Assembly: GCF_009914755.1 (NCBI RefSeq)
Contig: NC_060933.1
Reading direction: 5' to 3' (one strand)
Length of the DNA: 64,000 nucleotides
Origin: the human T2T-CHM13v2.0 reference genome, Homo sapiens
Shown here in pieces: positions 59,730-64,000 of the stretch. How positions within the stretch are numbered: position 1 is the stretch's first letter; the number at the start of each line of letters is the position of its first letter. Below the pieces are notes generated by a model. The model made no database searches. It saw only the letters and a program-made list of their open reading frames with translations, and was not told where the DNA came from. The position numbers and the translations under genes are program-made.

Positions 59730-60655
59730 CTTCTTTTTGTGGCAGTCTGATTGAGATATAATTCACATACCCTATACTATAAGCTGAATTGTGTCCCTCC
59801 CCTCCTCACTCCATCAAATTTATATGCTGAAGTCCTAAGCCCCAGTAACTCAGAATGTAACCGTATTTGGAGATATGGTCTTTACAGAGGTAATTAAGAT
59901 AGAATGAGGTTATTATGGTGTTCTAATCCAATATGACTACTGTCCTTATAAAAAAAGGAAATTTGAATACAGACATGTATAGAGGGAAGACAATGTGAAG
60001 GCAGGAAGAAGACAGACAATGACAAGTCAAAAAGAAAGGCCTGGAACTGGTCCTTCCCTCATAACCCTCAGAAGGAACCAACCCTGCCAAAACCTTGATC
60101 TCAAAGTTCTAGCCTCCCATTCTGTGAAAGAATACATTTCAGTTTTTTAATCCACCCACAGTCTATGGTACACTTTGTTATGGCAGCCCTTGCAAATGAA
60201 TATGCCACACAAGTCATCCGTTTAAAGTGTCTAATTCAGTAGTTTTAGGATATTCACAAATAGGTGCAACCATCACCATTAGTCAATTTTAGAACGTTTT
60301 CATCACTCAAGAGAAAACTCTGTGACTTTAGCTATCAACATCCTATCACCCCATCCTCCCCAGCACTAATCTAGTTTATTTTCTTTCTAGATTTGCCTAT
60401 TCTGGATGTTTCATATAAATGGAATCATATAACGTGTGGTGTATTCTTGGCTTTCTTCATTAGCGTGATTTTAAGATTCCTCATTGTTGTCGTATGTATT
60501 GTTCAAGAAGTAATGCATTCCTTTTCAGGCCCAATTACAACTCCATTGTACGAATATCCCACATTTTGTTTATCCATTAATCAGTTAATGGATATTTGGG
60601 TTATCTCCACCTCCTGGCTATAATGAACAACGTTGCCATAAATATTCATGTAGAA
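59730..60655 (-). mobile_element. L1MB-like 3' end interrupted by an MLT1 LTR
   Basis: ttgagatataattcacatacc | ccacacaagtcatccgtttaaagtgt...aggtgcaaccatcacca. Confidence 0.8.
59775..60204 (+). mobile_element. MLT1B/C LTR
   Basis: gctgaattgtgtccc...tatgctgaagtcctaagccccagtaactcagaatgt...tttgttatggcagccc. Confidence 0.88.
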
Positions 60656-62554
60656 AATTACTTTATAAAGAGAAAAGCTGTATGTTTTGAGGAGAAGATA
60701 AAACCTGTACTAAAAGAACATAGTGATGAAAATTCCTCACTATTTTTTTAAGTTGACTTCTGGCAAATTTCTACCTTTCTTATTTTCTCTGGGGCCCTTC
60801 CCTCGTTCTCACTTTAAACAAGCTATCACCATCCACACTTGCAGGCTGATTCATTACCTATTTGTTCAACAATTACATGGCACTGAGTTTACTGAAGGAT
60901 ATATGAGGACCCTCAGGGGAGAAGGAAAGGGTCATTGTAGATGTGGCATCAGATCCATTATGAAGTTTAGGCTGGGAAAAGACATGGGCAAATGAGTGGG
61001 TGGGTGTGGGTGTGAAGGGTTGAATTTGTGTTCAGAAGCATAAAAAGACTCCCCAGCTGTGGAGGGCTGGCCAAATTATGCTCGATTTGAATGTAGTGGT
61101 GGAAGAGCTGCCAGACAAAGAGAGGTATTTAAGTGAGGTAAGTAAACCTAGCCCACTAGTTCATTAGGCTGTTCTTCAGTGCTCACATAAAGGTGTGATT
61201 TACAGGAACTCTATTTTACAATTAGTTGTAATACGAGCCAATAAAGAATGGGAGAGTGGAAAAGTCATGGAAATCTTGATTGTTACAAAATTACATCATG
61301 GAGAGCCTGAAAAAAGAAGTTTGTGTGCACATTGATATAGTAGGTTGCCAAGTCAATGTCTAAACTAAGAGTTTCTCCCAATTAGTTTGGCATGGGAAAG
61401 TAATTTTTAAAATAAGGGCATTCTCATAGTAATAATGTATTGGTGGAAGTGTACATAGTGTGTCTATGGCAGTATTGTGAAAACAATAGTTTCATAGTGT
61501 TGGATCAGCAACTTACTATGTGCCAGATATGACACTAGAAGCTGGAGATGCTGTTGTGAAATAAGATAGGCGTGGTCCCTGCCCTCACATTGTCCCAGAA
61601 AAAATTATTTCCTGACTTGTGGTTAGTGAATTGTTCCTGACATGCCTATTGGAAATTCCAGTCCTATAGAATGTGGTTAGATAAGTAGTGTTTCTCTTAT
61701 GCCTTTGAATATTCTGACTCTTAAATAGTAATGGAACAATCTGAGCACCCATATGTACAAATTACACTAGGCACAGCAAGTTCAAGAATCATTAAAATAT
61801 TTGGCTCTTGCCTTCAAAGAACCAACAATGAAGGATGTACATATACCATATACATAATGAGAGATTCTGGAATAGAGGTATAAAAAAGTAAGAGCATGGA
61901 AGTTACTCATTCTTGCAAAGAGTATGGTTAGTTGTAGTCCAGAGGAAAAGGGTTGGGAAGTTTTCATAGGAAAAAGTAAGGGTTGAGCCAGATCTTCAAG
62001 ACTTAAAAGGATTTAAGTCCGATAGTAAAAGGAGCGAAGGGAATTCTAGTAAAAGGGAACAGCTTGAGGAATGACCTAGAGACATGACAGTGATCTTTGG
62101 AGAAATGGCAGTTAGACAGACATTCTGTCTACTCGTTTCCCTGTTACATCCCAAATAGGAAAGACTCAGACCCAGAGACCATTCTGGTTAAATGTTTCAG
62201 TGAAAAGTTAAGACTGGTCTATCGGTCTTAACTATCATTTGAACACCTGGAAAATCTCTAAGCATATAAAAGCATGCATGGCTTTCTGGGACTTACCACA
62301 AATTAAACTTGAATTTCTATAAAAGCAGATGACAGGTTTAATAGGTAAATAATCTTGACTTATAGGATCCCCCATGTCAACACTAAGTTGAGAATCAAGT
62401 TAAGGAAGTACAGTATGTCCTTTAGCATAATTGACAGGCAGTTCTCAGTTTTACTGCGGATGACTTTAACTTGAGTATAACCAATAATGCTCTTACCATG
62501 GATTTGTGTAAGATGGATTACTGCAGGTCAAGGGCAAACTATTTACATCTGATG

Positions 62555-63005
62555 GAGGCAGCATAGAATAGTGATAAGTTCCTAAATAAAATTGTCTTGG
62601 TTTTAAACCCCAACTCTTTTACCTGTTAGGCTTAACCTTCCTGAGTCATAGAAAGTCACTTGACCTCAATTGTGGATAACAACGGCCCTTGCTCTAAGGG
62701 GTTATTGTGAGGATTAAATAGTACATGTAGTGTTCAGCCTGGTGCATGTGCAACATTGGCATTTGCAAGCTGTTATTATAAAGTAATGGTGAAGAATCTG
62801 AGCTTCCTAGATCTTATCTAGATCTAAATCCTGCCTCTGTCAGATCTTTGAAAATTTTCTTAGTTTCTATGCCTTGATTTTATTGTCTAAACCAAGAGAA
62901 AATAGCACAGTTACTGCAAAGATTAAACAAGAAAGTATATATAATATGATTACCACAATACCTAGCACATAGGTCTTCAAAAAGGCAGTTCTTGTTAATA
63001 TTATA
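62555..63005 (+). mobile_element. Two MIR fragments
   Basis: gaggcagcatagaatagtg...gggttattgtgaggattaaat; tttctatgccttgattt...cctagcacatagg. Confidence 0.6.
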
Positions 63006-63277
63006 TAATTTACAATAAGAAAAATTTTGTTTCCTCATAGTCATATTTTCTAAGCTTTTTAAAATTAATTTTGGGGTAATTTTGAATACATTATTGGTAT
63101 CTAATAAGAACCTATGGTTGGCCCTTTTGTATAGTAAATATACACTGATGACTATTCATTTGTATTAAAATTTTCCCGAATAGCTTCTGCTTGACTAAAG
63201 TATTTCCTCCTTTCTATTTTAGGATTTAGCCTTCATATAATTAATATCTATTAATATATGTGTTTGCTTTAGGGAAG

Positions 63278-63730
63278 TGTTGGGATTGGCTTCCCTGGAA
63301 AGCAGACCCTGTGATGTATCAAGAAATGTGAAAGGTTTATTTACTGGGAGGTGAAATGAAAGAAAAGAAGGCAGGATTGGGCAGAGATAGCCATCAAACC
63401 TGTTGCAGGCTGACAAGGTCTAGGCCGAAGCGGGGCTGTAGAGCAAGATTTGCTTGGTAATGTTATCAAGAGCTTGGTGGAAAAGGCTAAGTCCTTGCTA
63501 CCACTGCCTTGCTCAATTTTTGGCCAGAGCTATCCTGAGAAGTATAAAACCTTGGCCGCCAACACCTTGCTTATTCCAGAGTTCCCCCAGATGGGTTTTC
63601 CTTTTACTTGAGAACTAAGATGGACTGTGAAGGTGATCATAGCTGATGGCCTTCAGCTAATGGAGTTCATCATAGCAGCAAGTCCCTTCTTGAAGGGACA
63701 TCTGAACAGTGCGTGTCTGTGTCTGCTACA
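63278..63730 (-). mobile_element. ERVL LTR (LTR33/LTR16-like)
   Basis: ggcttccctggaaagcagaccctg...cccttcttgaagggacatctgaac...gtctgctaca. Confidence 0.65.
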
Positions 63731-64000
63731 GAAGATTTCAGGAGGTAATGGTAGTAATGGACCTAATTTAGTACTTACCTAGATTTTCTTAGCCTCGCCA
63801 GTCCCTGGACTTTAGCCACTTTCTCAAAGAAGAGTCCCAGCCACCTTCAACACCCCTGTACCTCTTAACACTAGCAACTGCTTCAGCGCCCCTGGGATGA
63901 GATATAGGTTCATATTCAGCCTTTACTGCACTCCCCATGGCAGAAATTGCAGCAGCTCTGATGCTCATCCCAGGCAGCCAAACTTACAAAGTCTTTGGTT

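Overview
AT-rich, repeat-dense primate (human-like) intergenic DNA. I find no intact protein-coding gene, tRNA, rRNA or CRISPR array. The one gene-derived feature is a processed pseudogene of KHSRP (KSRP/FUBP2) at 8698-14274, with a poly(A) tail and a 17-bp target-site duplication (TSD). From recall only, not verified here, a KHSRP retrocopy next to a 7SL copy matches KHSRPP1/RN7SL151P at human 9p21.3 between MIR31HG and MTAP. The retrocopy is a layered composite. (i) Its 5' 680 bp is not KHSRP coding exon 1. (ii) Its 3' UTR carries one TSD-bounded insertion made of a 5'-truncated L1PA joined to a 7SL RNA fragment in the opposite orientation, which is the geometry expected from twin priming on a second RNA. 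(iii) It also carries a ~254-bp AT-rich segment that is an inverted copy of host DNA 3.6 kb downstream. (iv) Part of its body keeps CpG-island-level CpG density. The rest is transposon-derived: Alu, L1PA2/L1PA4-5/L1PB/L1M, L2, MIR, MST/MLT/ERVL LTRs, a full HERV-W LTR17 solo LTR and hAT elements. Notable rearrangements there are a fold-back MST LTR, a near-perfect MIR-derived hairpin and a trimeric Alu. Repeat subfamily names come from recalled consensus sequences, and the boundaries of old repeats are approximate.
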